A stretch of DNA of 38,982 nt from positions 1 to 38,982 of the forward strand of contig CAZNFE010000001.1 of assembly GCA_964571945.1 (NCBI GenBank), in the 5' to 3' direction. The stretch is from an uncultured Pseudomonadales bacterium. GTDB taxonomy: Bacteria > Pseudomonadota > Gammaproteobacteria > Pseudomonadales > Azotimanducaceae. The position numbers and the translations under genes were made by a program. The stretch's first letter is position 1; each line of letters begins with the position of its first letter. Below, in pieces: positions 14,122 to 23,352 of this stretch. The notes below the pieces were generated by a model, which was given only the letters and a program-made list of their open reading frames with translations, was not told the DNA's origin and searched no databases.

Positions 14122-14735
14122 TCCTCAAATAACTCCAACTCTGGCTCTAAGCCAAGGAACTCCGAAAGCATGCTGAGCGATTCCGGGATCTTCTCATATT
14201 GAACAATGCGCGCATTATCGCTCCATTCGGTCCGCCGATACATCTTATCATATAGATCCCGCATCCGACTGATATCTTCATTATAGAATCCGAAGTGCTT
14301 ACGTATCGACCGCTGATTTGCCATCTCATCACGCTGCATTATCACCAGCCGGTAGTCATCAAAAAGATTTGATTCATCCACATATTGGGACAAAAGTCCC
14401 TCATCAAATTCATGGTCTGGGCATTTGCTCACGAGGTTTGGCTTGCTTTGGTCTAGACCGCCTATGGCCAATCCATCAATTACCCCGGCGCCACGATGGA
14501 TGAAGCTGTGGGTCGCGTATCGCCCGATTTCGATGAGTTGATCGCCCAAGGCATGACCAGTGAGCGGCACTGAATCATAGCCATCACGATGCCATTTGGA
14601 GAACCATCTGGTTTCCAGGAGCTTGTGAAGGCCCTGCTCCTCAGCCCCGCCAGTGCATTGCTCATGTAATCGAAGTTGATTCAGCATAAACGTGGTTCCA
14701 CTTCTATGAAACCCCGTTATGTATATCAAGCGCAT
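14100..14735 (-). CDS. PAPS-dependent sulfotransferase family protein
   Basis: IYITGFHRSGTTFMLNQL is the 5'-phosphosulfate-binding loop (xRSGTT). VIMQRDEMANQRSIRKH is 3'-phosphate-binding RDxxxxxxS-like. GGGAGGAAACCA precedes ATG 14735. Confidence 0.75.
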   Translation of the reverse strand: MRLIYITGFHRSGTTFMLNQLRLHEQCTGGAEEQGLHKLLETRWFSKWHRDGYDSVPLTGHALGDQLIEIGRYATHSFIHRGAGVIDGLAIGGLDQSKPNLVSKCPDHEFDEGLLSQYVDESNLFDDYRLVIMQRDEMANQRSIRKHFGFYNEDISRMRDLYDKMYRRTEWSDNARIVQYEKIPESLSMLSEFLGLEPELELFEEWRPSET

Positions 14736-14756
14736 TGGTTTCCTCCCGTGCCGCTT

Positions 14757-15722
14757 CTATTCTGCCAGGGTGTCAGGTATGGTTTCACTGCCCCCTATAT
14801 CATATGGCAACACTATATCGAGGTTATCACGGAACCATGATTGAATCACGCCGTCATCCGTCACCACAGCCGCTGCCATCTCATATTTATCGCTAGCAAC
14901 ATAGGGGATGAGAAGTGTGATTTCGATATCAGCATCAGTGCCAAGAGCAGCAATGTTGATACTACCAGCCAGCCCTGAACTATTCTGTTCAGTGATGGTT
15001 AGGTCGCCGATGGCAGTATAGGTTCCATCGAATACCCGATTTGTGTCAGCCGTCCTATCAGCTGAACTTTTATGGGCACGAATTGTATAGGTCGGGCCGC
15101 CAGAGATATCGATATATACTTTGCCATTAGCATCACAGTTGCTTGACCGCACGCCGCCGGTGATTGGGATGGCCGTCGGGTTGCCAATCAGGCCACCGCC
15201 ATCATTCGCTACTGCACTGGCTGGCGCATTGATCGTGAACTCGATTCCGGCCTGGTCAGTATCACCCTCATATAGCGTCCCAGTCGTCGCGCGATTGCTC
15301 AATAGACCGCGGCGCATTGTCCTCACTGTCCATTGGTCACTTCCGGCGGAGACGTATTCAAGCTCAATCACATCATCATTGAGTAACATTTGGCTTGGAG
15401 TCACCTGTCCGAGCGTAGGCACCCCATTATCCTGGATTGAACCAGTGCCCTCACCTGTGAACGAGATGGCACCAGCCGTTACTGAGTTTCCATCAACGGT
15501 CTGGCTGTCATCATCCATGCGTGATTTCAATATGGCGTAGAGGTCCGAGAGACTCGTCTCAACAGCCTCAGCAACATATTTGAAATTGTATTGGATATAC
15601 GATTGTACCCAATTGATGCTCTGTATGAGCATCTCAGTCGCATTTGTGCTGTTAGCATTCGCCTCTTTGATTGCCTTGCCGATGCTGCCGAACACACCAC
15701 CGGAGCCCCATGTGATTGCCAT
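14757..15722 (-). CDS. distal tail / receptor-binding-position protein (hypothetical)
   Basis: Third gene after the tape measure. Gly/Thr/Ser-rich and beta-type in composition. AGGAGGG lies 7 nt before the ATG. Confidence 0.5.
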   Translation of the reverse strand: MAITWGSGGVFGSIGKAIKEANANSTNATEMLIQSINWVQSYIQYNFKYVAEAVETSLSDLYAILKSRMDDDSQTVDGNSVTAGAISFTGEGTGSIQDNGVPTLGQVTPSQMLLNDDVIELEYVSAGSDQWTVRTMRRGLLSNRATTGTLYEGDTDQAGIEFTINAPASAVANDGGGLIGNPTAIPITGGVRSSNCDANGKVYIDISGGPTYTIRAHKSSADRTADTNRVFDGTYTAIGDLTITEQNSSGLAGSINIAALGTDADIEITLLIPYVASDKYEMAAAVVTDDGVIQSWFRDNLDIVLPYDIGGSETIPDTLAE

Positions 15723-15737
15723 TGAAATACCCTCCTG

Positions 15738-17150
15738 TTATGGCGTTTGATATCCCTGAGCTATTGTTCCACCTGTGCTTGCTGTGGCCTGAGTAAGTAA
15801 GAAATCGGCATCGACAGTCCCTGATTGAAAAAGGCCCTCTGAAACAGCATAGATCCGTATACCGTTTATCGGGTAGCTTAGGAAGCTGTCGTTACTGTCA
15901 AAAGTTGCGAATGCCTGATCCTTTGATTCATAACGATCTCCGGCATTTGTATATCTGTCGCGATAGTGAAGCGGTGCAATGGATCTCTTAATTGCCCCGT
16001 TTGTATTTCTCAGATCAATATATATTTTGAATCCTTTAGCAGAACCTGTACTGCTCAGTGTATAATCTGTTGTTAATGTCCATACGCCAATATTATATAA
16101 CCAGAAAAATCCAGCATGATATTGCATCTGGACACTATTGACATTAACCCATGCACTTGCTCCGGCCCAAGGCAGTGATTGACTGCTGAGATTGATTTCT
16201 GGCTGCCCAGTCATGGTGAATCCAAAAGAGATTACATTCCCACCAGAGACTGTAGATGCCTTAAAAGGGCGGGGGCGCGCCAGACCTCCGAGCTGGCCCA
16301 TACAGCGGAAGCCTGTGTTGTCTTTTGCCATAGTCCAGGCGCCACTGACAGTTCCAATGTCATCACCGGTTGCGGGCGAGCCAGTCACGGTCACCAACGC
16401 GAGCTTATTCACATCGCCCGGGAAAAAGCATAGGCCTGTATCATTCGCTACAATCGAACGTGGAATAATCACCACCTCATTGAGGTTGTCAGCGGTCGGC
16501 TTGACTACCGTATAGGTGAGGATGCCATTCAGCTCTATCAGGCCGGTGATTTCGGCCGCGCTGTTGTCAGGTATGGTTTGGCCTGAATCATTACGGCATT
16601 GGATCTCATCGACTGCTGATTTGCCAAGCTCAACGATTGCCCATGTGGTACCGGTTGTGGCCTGCTGCCAGAGAATCCTATTGTTCCCAGTTGCGATTGT
16701 TTCCAGCCGATATGTCCCGCTGCTCGCACTTAGGGTGACGTACATGTCCTCAGCATTGTTCACCACCACTTGCGTCACTACCGGGCCAGCAATGATCGCC
16801 CTTGCTATATCTCCACTGTTCAGCGGCTCAGCCAATACAGCAAAAAGATCTTCTTCACTGGAGAAGGTACCTTGCTCAAAGACCAACCGCTGCCGCAGAA
16901 ACTCCAGGTCTTCCGGTACTGTCCCGGGGTCGGTTGCCAGTGGATCACCGATGGCAACAATATCGCCAATATCAAGCGTATCACCAATGCCCCGCAGGTA
17001 GATCTCATTCACCTTGTCTGCAGTGCTAAACCCACCGGTTGATATGTTGGTCTCATTGACCTTGCGGATCGTATCAATCATCGCATTGTAGACAGGAGCA
17101 GGGAAGCTGAATGGATCGCCCGGGCGTACCTTCTTCTCAATATCTGCCAT
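15738..17150 (-). CDS. tail-associated protein in the Tal position (hypothetical, 470 aa)
   Basis: Second gene after the tape measure, with a TAATG junction to the upstream gene. No catalytic motif recognised. Confidence 0.5.
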   Translation of the reverse strand: MADIEKKVRPGDPFSFPAPVYNAMIDTIRKVNETNISTGGFSTADKVNEIYLRGIGDTLDIGDIVAIGDPLATDPGTVPEDLEFLRQRLVFEQGTFSSEEDLFAVLAEPLNSGDIARAIIAGPVVTQVVVNNAEDMYVTLSASSGTYRLETIATGNNRILWQQATTGTTWAIVELGKSAVDEIQCRNDSGQTIPDNSAAEITGLIELNGILTYTVVKPTADNLNEVVIIPRSIVANDTGLCFFPGDVNKLALVTVTGSPATGDDIGTVSGAWTMAKDNTGFRCMGQLGGLARPRPFKASTVSGGNVISFGFTMTGQPEINLSSQSLPWAGASAWVNVNSVQMQYHAGFFWLYNIGVWTLTTDYTLSSTGSAKGFKIYIDLRNTNGAIKRSIAPLHYRDRYTNAGDRYESKDQAFATFDSNDSFLSYPINGIRIYAVSEGLFQSGTVDADFLLTQATASTGGTIAQGYQTP

Positions 17151-17977
17151 TATGGATTCAACCTTGAAAAGTCAGTCAGCTTGTAGACCTTCTCCACATA
17201 GACATACTTCGGCTTCATGATGTTGAACTTCTTGCCAGCGGACTCAATCACCTCCTCGGTGAACCTGGCCCACACATATTCCCAACCCCTATGGGTCACG
17301 TTGGTGAAGTCCGGGAACCGCGGGTCACTGGTGACATTCTCACGCACGCTGAACGTGAATGTGATTTCCCAATCATCTTCACCTCTGGCTGATCCGCTCG
17401 CCCCATCAAATCTCACCTCACCAGCGGAGAAGCTGCGGAAAGATGATTGATTTACTGTACCCGTGAGGTCCCGCAACGTTTTCTTGTATGCATCAGTTAC
17501 CTTGTCAGCGTCAATATAATGCGTTTCGCTGAACGTGTAGGTAGGCACGAGGATATCAACACCCTGCACTCCGTCCTTGGTCACACCGATGGTCTGCTTC
17601 ATATCCGGTGCAGCTGAACCACTGCCATCGTAGGATGCTATGGTCTGCAGGCTATTATTGATATGCTCAGTTGCTCCGCCGGTATTGAAGCTGAATGAGC
17701 TTTCACCAGTATCAGGTGATGTTGCTCTGACACCATATGTTACCTCAGCTCTCCATCGCTCGGTATCAGTTGGGTCACCATCTGGAGTGATAGACCAGCT
17801 CGTCCTCACCAATTGATTGAAGCCAACAGTCCAGTATACAGGAGTATTGGCCCGCACATATTCCGAGGCAACGCTTTCATCGCCGGTTCCGGTCACGATA
17901 TATTTCGTCGTACCAGATGAATCATCGCCCATAGAGAAATCTCGGCTATCAAAGAGTTCCTGAATCGCGAGTATCAT
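17150..17977 (-). CDS. distal tail protein (Dit)-position protein (275 aa)
   Basis: Lies immediately downstream of the tape measure (3-nt gap). Assigned by synteny only. Confidence 0.5.
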   Translation of the reverse strand: MILAIQELFDSRDFSMGDDSSGTTKYIVTGTGDESVASEYVRANTPVYWTVGFNQLVRTSWSITPDGDPTDTERWRAEVTYGVRATSPDTGESSFSFNTGGATEHINNSLQTIASYDGSGSAAPDMKQTIGVTKDGVQGVDILVPTYTFSETHYIDADKVTDAYKKTLRDLTGTVNQSSFRSFSAGEVRFDGASGSARGEDDWEITFTFSVRENVTSDPRFPDFTNVTHRGWEYVWARFTEEVIESAGKKFNIMKPKYVYVEKVYKLTDFSRLNP

Positions 17978-17979
17978 GA

Positions 17980-20900
17980 TTACGCTCCACTGGAGAAGGT
18001 CAAACTCTTCCCCTTCCTTTGCTGGGCCAGAATTTCTTCGAGAGTCACATGCATCTTCGTCTGCACGGCAAGCATCTTGTCTTCGGTAGTATTCTGCAGG
18101 AATGAAGCGAATCCACGGCCAAATTGCCCGAAGCCTCCAACTGCGATTTCCTTGGTCCTTTCTTCAGATGCCTGCAGGTCCTGCGCAAGCTTCTCCTGCT
18201 GATTGCGTACAGCCTGGTCGATGGACAGCATTGCGTCTTTCTCTGCGTTCGCAGCATCGGCCGCATCGCGAGCTGCCATCAGATCTGCTTCATCTCCTGA
18301 TGTGATGGCTGCCCGGAATAGATCTGTCGCCCTTCCAAATACCTCTTGAGCCTGTTGCTTCATCCTGTCGCGTGCTTCCTTCAGCAATGCCAGGTATTGC
18401 TTCGGGTTTTCCTCAGCGGCATCGGCCATCTTCTTTCCGATTTCACGCGCCCTCATCTCCTCCCTTGCTTCTCGCAACCCACGCGCCCATCCCCTGGCTT
18501 CCTCCAGGGCCTTCTGGCTATTTTCCTTTGATGCCTTCAGTGCCTTGTCACGGATGGCCTGCTCTTTCCTCTGCTGTTCCTGCATACTGCGTTCTTGGCT
18601 GGATAGCTGAGCTTCCCTTGCACTATTGGCGCGCAATAGCATCGCATAGGATTCTTCTTCGGCCCTGACTCTCAGGCCAGCAATACGTCTGGCTTCAGCA
18701 AAGTGTTCTTCTGCTGCCTGGATGTCTTCCTCATCTATCTTCTGACCGGCGTTCTTTCGCGCCTTCAGCTCAGCCAGCACGCGCCCGGATGCTTCCGCCT
18801 CATTTATCGCTACCTTTGCCTCCAGGCCAGACCGTTCAAGTTTGGCCTGTGCGTCAGCAATAGCCTTCTGTGGGTCAAGCTCAAGAGTTGCCTCGAAGAT
18901 CGTCTTTTCTTCTCTGACAGTACCGCGTTCCTCAAATTTCCGGCGTTGCTCAATTATGTCACGGAGCGTCTTATCTGCGAGCTTTGTAATCTCATCTTCC
19001 AGATCTCTCTGGACCTGAAGGCGCTTTTTGGCAATTTCACGCTCGACTTCAATCTTGCCATTTCCTGCGCTATTCAGTGCATCGACCTCGCCATCCAATA
19101 TCTTTTTAATGGCAATTGCAGTGAAGCGAGCCTGAAAGATGCGCTCCCGCTGTATCTTCTCGCTTTGGGATGAGCGGCTATCAACCCGCTGGGCACCCGC
19201 CTGCTTGGCTGCCTTCAATTGCTCCTTCAATGCAGTTGTGATTTCTTCCTGGGTCTTGCCCTGTGCCCGAAGCTCAGCGATATATTCTTTCTGCTCATCT
19301 ATCGCGCCCCGTATGGTAGCGGGCTTTTTGCCGATAAGTTCCTCCAGCTCGATATTCGCAAGCGCTGTCGATCTTTCCAACGCATCGGTTTCATCAACCA
19401 CTTTCTCAATATCAAGGGCCAAAGAAGTCGCATATCCCGCCGCCGCAAGTGCAGCCACCGTAGCCAATGCCGCGCCTACGGTAGCAATCGCAGGAGCTGC
19501 TGCTATTGCGGCTGCTTTGATGGAGGCGAATGCCCCAACGGCTGCGGTCTGTAGTGATGTGAATGCGGCTGAGGCCGCCGCTGGAGCGCCCTTCAGGGTT
19601 GTGAGCATGCTGGAAAAGGCTGTCTTCGATGCCGTGCTGATTGAGGTCAAAGCTCCAGCAATTGACGTCTTGAGCGCCGCCATGCCAGCAGTTGCTGCGC
19701 CTTTGATTGCCTCAAAGGCCGCCGTCGGACCAGGTATGGCCTTCAGCATAGTCCAAAGATTTTTTGTGTTTGCGGCAATTGCTGACCCAACGCTCCTGAA
19801 ACCAGATGCCAAGCTCTGCAGCACCGGACCCATCTTCGTCGCCAGATTGGCATCCATTACGAAGCGGAATGCCTTGTTGAGGGTGATTATGCTGGATATT
19901 GCACCAGCCACCGCCTTCAGGCCTGCGCCAGTCGCCAGAAGCGCGACGCCAAGCTTCCCAACCCCAATGACCAGCCCATGATTCTCTGCTATCCAGACAG
20001 TGATGGCCGGCACAATTTGTTTTATCCAGACGATAAGCGCCCTGACCGGCTCCTTTATAGCAGCACCAATCTCTACCATAGCGCTCTTAATCTCTTGTAC
20101 CATCTTTAGGTACTGACGATTTATTGTATTTACCATCTTGCTTGATGCGGCCTCTGTTGCGCCGGCCGCTTTCTGCATGGCATCAAGATCACCCTGGAAT
20201 TGATCCATGGCATTCAGGGCCGGCAATAGGCCAGTCACCGCTCCAATGTTCGGGAATAGCTTCGCTACTGTGTCGCTAGGCAGCCCGGCAATCTCCTGGA
20301 AGACGCCACCAAGACCCTTCGCCTTCAAAGCCGCTGCGTCCAGCTTTAATCCCATCTGTTCGGCAACATCAGCCGCCTCTTTAGTCGGCTTCAGGAAGCT
20401 CGAAATAATGGCTTTGATGCTAGTTATAGCCTCAGATGTCTGCACGCCGTTACGCGTGAGGAGGGCCAGCATTGCTCCAAGCTCTTCGAATGACACGCCG
20501 GCATTATTGGCTAAATTGGCCACTTGGCCAATAACCGGCGCCAGCTGAGCGAACGTTGTCTTGCCTCGACGCTGGATCGTGAAGAATACATCCGATACTG
20601 CCGCCGCATCTTCGGCTGACTTGCCATAGCTGTTCAGCACAGTAGTTAGCGCATCTGCTGCGGTCTTAGTATCAGTGAAGCCACCAACGGCAGCCTTGGT
20701 TGCGACGGTCAGGACGTCTATGGCCTGACCGGTAGGCACTGAAGCTGACAGGATATCATAAAGCCCATCAGCCATTATGCTTGTATCAACACCAAACTGA
20801 GTGCTCAGTTCGCGTACCTGCTTGCCGAATTTATCCATTGCTGTCTGGTTGCCATCAATGACAGTCCCAACCTTCGCCATTGATTCTTCAAAGCTGGCAA

Positions 20901-21093
20901 ACTCTTTTGAAGCTCCGGCCAGCGGCGCCAGGATCCCCACCCCAGCGGCGGCAAATGACGTTCCGATTGAGCTCAGCTTCCGGCCAAACGCCTGCATCTT
21001 ATCCTGGGCTGTCTTCAGGTCTTCGCTGAATTTATTCAGGTCGATCCGAAGATCCACCAGCCCTTCACCAGCTGGTACGCTTCCAGCACTCAT
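17980..21093 (-). CDS. tail tape measure protein (1037 aa)
   Basis: Supported by its size, Ala/Gly-rich hydrophobic central segments, long charged helical regions, the TP901-type core (..TSIMADGLYDILSASVP..), and its position after the G/GT chaperone pair. Confidence 0.9.
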   Translation of the reverse strand: MSAGSVPAGEGLVDLRIDLNKFSEDLKTAQDKMQAFGRKLSSIGTSFAAAGVGILAPLAGASKEFASFEESMAKVGTVIDGNQTAMDKFGKQVRELSTQFGVDTSIMADGLYDILSASVPTGQAIDVLTVATKAAVGGFTDTKTAADALTTVLNSYGKSAEDAAAVSDVFFTIQRRGKTTFAQLAPVIGQVANLANNAGVSFEELGAMLALLTRNGVQTSEAITSIKAIISSFLKPTKEAADVAEQMGLKLDAAALKAKGLGGVFQEIAGLPSDTVAKLFPNIGAVTGLLPALNAMDQFQGDLDAMQKAAGATEAASSKMVNTINRQYLKMVQEIKSAMVEIGAAIKEPVRALIVWIKQIVPAITVWIAENHGLVIGVGKLGVALLATGAGLKAVAGAISSIITLNKAFRFVMDANLATKMGPVLQSLASGFRSVGSAIAANTKNLWTMLKAIPGPTAAFEAIKGAATAGMAALKTSIAGALTSISTASKTAFSSMLTTLKGAPAAASAAFTSLQTAAVGAFASIKAAAIAAAPAIATVGAALATVAALAAAGYATSLALDIEKVVDETDALERSTALANIELEELIGKKPATIRGAIDEQKEYIAELRAQGKTQEEITTALKEQLKAAKQAGAQRVDSRSSQSEKIQRERIFQARFTAIAIKKILDGEVDALNSAGNGKIEVEREIAKKRLQVQRDLEDEITKLADKTLRDIIEQRRKFEERGTVREEKTIFEATLELDPQKAIADAQAKLERSGLEAKVAINEAEASGRVLAELKARKNAGQKIDEEDIQAAEEHFAEARRIAGLRVRAEEESYAMLLRANSAREAQLSSQERSMQEQQRKEQAIRDKALKASKENSQKALEEARGWARGLREAREEMRAREIGKKMADAAEENPKQYLALLKEARDRMKQQAQEVFGRATDLFRAAITSGDEADLMAARDAADAANAEKDAMLSIDQAVRNQQEKLAQDLQASEERTKEIAVGGFGQFGRGFASFLQNTTEDKMLAVQTKMHVTLEEILAQQRKGKSLTFSSGA

Positions 21094-21232
21094 GACGTTT
21101 CTCCATTCTGGTGGTGGATAGGTCGATCACTTGCCGACTGAATGCCTCTGGCGGCCAGTATGGCGCTCATTTCCTGGAGGTATACTTTTGGTCGGCTTGT
21201 CACGTCAATCGTCCTCAGGGCCTACATACGGC

Positions 21233-21948
21233 CTATTTTCTTCTATTTGGAACCAATACCTTCAATTGCTGAATATCCGTCACTGGAATGCCAGTGCGGT
21301 TCCTACCGCGCTTCTTCTGTGTTGGATCGAAATCGCGCGGAGAGAATGGCTTTGGCTTCTTCTTGGGATCGCGCCTGGCATTGGCCATCATGCAGAGAAC
21401 GCTACTGGTATGATGCCATGCTTCCCGCTTGGCACCCTCAAACATCTCGCTCAGCTCCCAGAAGGTGAATCCGCCGGGGTTGATTCCGAGTGCTCCTGCG
21501 ATTCTGTAGATGCTGAGCTCAACAGGATCTCGCGCTCTGCCTCTGCCATTTTGGCCTCCACCACCGCCGGCACGTTTTCCGTCATCTTGCTCATCACGTT
21601 CAGGAATCTGCGGTACATCTCTCGCAGGCTTACGCGCAGATTCGGGTCCAAGAAAAAATCCGGCAGCACCTCCGTTAGGATACGCCGACCTTGCGTCAGC
21701 GTTTCCGCATCCATTCCCTCGGTGAATGCCTCCTGGGTGATGCCTTTCTTGTCCGCCTCTGGATGGATAAAGGCCCACAAGATATCGCAGATTTGAAATG
21801 GATCTGTCAGCATAGTCCAAAATACCGACTCCTCAATCTGGTCAATCTCGAACAGGTTTTGCCCGGTCATATCCCGGACCCGTTTGAATGCGGCCACATT
21901 CGCTTCAATTTGATACTGGTTCCCATGTCGATCTGTAAGAATTTTCAT
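21233..21948 (-). CDS. tail assembly chaperone G-T fusion made by -1 programmed frameshift
   Basis: The -1 frame (track ORF 21233..21820) is open across the whole 3' half of G and continues 218 nt beyond the G stop. A canonical T TTT TTC heptamer lies in the G frame at 21658-21652. Confidence 0.55.
21451..21948 (-). CDS. tail assembly chaperone G (165 aa)
   Basis: ATG 21948 follows GGGAGGACCGTG. The track start 22077 would overlap the tail tube gene. It lies between the major tail protein and the tape measure, and has an acidic Ser/Glu-rich C-terminus. Confidence 0.7.
   Translation of the reverse strand: MKILTDRHGNQYQIEANVAAFKRVRDMTGQNLFEIDQIEESVFWTMLTDPFQICDILWAFIHPEADKKGITQEAFTEGMDAETLTQGRRILTEVLPDFFLDPNLRVSLREMYRRFLNVMSKMTENVPAVVEAKMAEAEREILLSSASTESQEHSESTPADSPSGS
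21652..21658 (-). other. candidate -1 slippery heptamer T_TTT_TTC
   Basis: In G-frame phase it reads ccg gaT TTT TTC ttg (D97 F98 F99). It is the only X_XXY_YYZ heptamer I find in the G/T overlap. Confidence 0.5.
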
Positions 21949-22021
21949 CACGGTCCTCCCGTATAATCGGCGGGGAACGCCCTGCACGGGAGGAACCATG
22001 CAGAACGCCCCCACCATCTCA

Positions 22022-22486
22022 TCAGCTGCCGGTTTGCTCGTACCAGCTCGTGTCGCTCGACGGCTTGATCGATACATCCACCATGATTGCCTCTTCCAGG
22101 CTTTCGTCCCGGGAGAAGTTCGTCACGGTGAAATTGCTCGCCAAGCCCTGCGCACCAACTGTGTCCTTCGCAGTATCCAGCACTAGACCGGCGATCTCAG
22201 TGCTGTTCAGCCAAGCATCACGGAGGGCCTCAAACCCGGTGATGTCGTCAGGATCCCAGCGAAGCTGGAACTCCACCGTCCCATCCTTGAGCGTTGGAGC
22301 CGTAGCGCGCCATCCGTTGTTTCCACGGGTGGTGATATCAGACTCACCGGTCTCAAGGTTCAAGGTCAAATCCTTGACGTTGCTCTGCTCGGTCCAGGTA
22401 ACTGCCTCGACGGCGGCCTCATCCGTACCATCAATCAGCGCATTGCCGAGGTACATCTTGGCATTCATGCCCAGACGGTAACCCAT
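22022..22486 (-). CDS. major tail (tube) protein, TP901-1/lambda-V-like
   Basis: Track start is TTG 22504. ATG 22486 follows TAAGGAGATAGGC. It lies directly upstream of the chaperones. The 154-aa beta-rich sequence includes ..TLNLETGESDITTRGNNGWRATAPTLKDGTVEFQLRWD.. Confidence 0.65.
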   Translation of the reverse strand: MGYRLGMNAKMYLGNALIDGTDEAAVEAVTWTEQSNVKDLTLNLETGESDITTRGNNGWRATAPTLKDGTVEFQLRWDPDDITGFEALRDAWLNSTEIAGLVLDTAKDTVGAQGLASNFTVTNFSRDESLEEAIMVDVSIKPSSDTSWYEQTGS

Positions 22487-22496
22487 GCCTATCTCC

Positions 22497-22934
22497 TTAC
22501 TCAAACATTACATAGTTCAGGGTCATGACTGTTCCCATGACCCGCCATCTCAGATTGTCCTGCGGCTTCACACCAGCGTGGTCCGTTCTGGTCCACATAC
22601 AACGGGGGCTTGAAAGGATTTCTCGGTTGTCCTCAAAGTAGGCACCGATTTCCTCCGCTACCCGCGCCAATGGGTCAGCATCCACTTCTTTCAGGTGGTC
22701 AACCGCCACCGAGATGACAACATCGACCTGAAACTCGCGCTTGACTTCCAAGCGGGAATCCAATAGCCGATCTGCCAACCGCGGAATCACCGCGACATGA
22801 GGTTTTCTAAGCTCCCATACCTTTCGAAAAGGCGGAAGGGTTCGCTCGACGTCAATCTCCACATCCCACGTTTCGGTGGATATGATGTCATAGACTGCAT
22901 CTGCTATTTTGGTCAGCACGCCCTCTTGAGCCAT
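22497..22934 (-). CDS. tail terminator / tail completion-position protein (145 aa)
   Basis: Lies immediately upstream of the tail tube gene. The size and position resemble gp11/DUF3168-type proteins. Assigned by synteny only. Confidence 0.45.
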   Translation of the reverse strand: MAQEGVLTKIADAVYDIISTETWDVEIDVERTLPPFRKVWELRKPHVAVIPRLADRLLDSRLEVKREFQVDVVISVAVDHLKEVDADPLARVAEEIGAYFEDNREILSSPRCMWTRTDHAGVKPQDNLRWRVMGTVMTLNYVMFE

Positions 22935-22944
22935 GCCGTTCCTT

Positions 22945-23307
22945 TCAGCCGATAACGCCAGATAAGGCTGCTACAATCACCACCGCGAGGGCAGTAAGCA
23001 ACGCACCAAGAACTACCTTACCAATGATGCCGGAAAGGTCTTGCTTCACAATCACGCCATGTTTTGCCACATGATCGTCTATCTTATCCTCAACGCCATC
23101 ACATTTTCCGCATGACTTCAAGGGCATATGAATATCCTCCCTGGCGATGTGATTAGCGAGCCGTTCAGCAAATACCGCCGTAGCATTGCTGTGCTGGTCC
23201 TGCTTCTCGGCAACGTCATCGATCCTGCTATGGACTCGCTCCAGACCGGCATCAACCTTGTCACCGATATTCTGAATCGCTGTCAGGAAGACTTCTGTAT
23301 CCGGCAT
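22945..23307 (-). CDS. C-terminally membrane-anchored protein (120 aa)
   Basis: ATG 23307 follows AGAGGAGAAGTG. The track start is GTG 23331. A helical soluble part is followed by a C-terminal hydrophobic segment IIGKVVLGALLTALAVVIVAALSGVIG. Confidence 0.5.
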   Translation of the reverse strand: MPDTEVFLTAIQNIGDKVDAGLERVHSRIDDVAEKQDQHSNATAVFAERLANHIAREDIHMPLKSCGKCDGVEDKIDDHVAKHGVIVKQDLSGIIGKVVLGALLTALAVVIVAALSGVIG

Positions 23308-23352
23308 CACTTCTCCTCTCTGTTTGATCACATGGTGTCTTGGCCGGAATGT

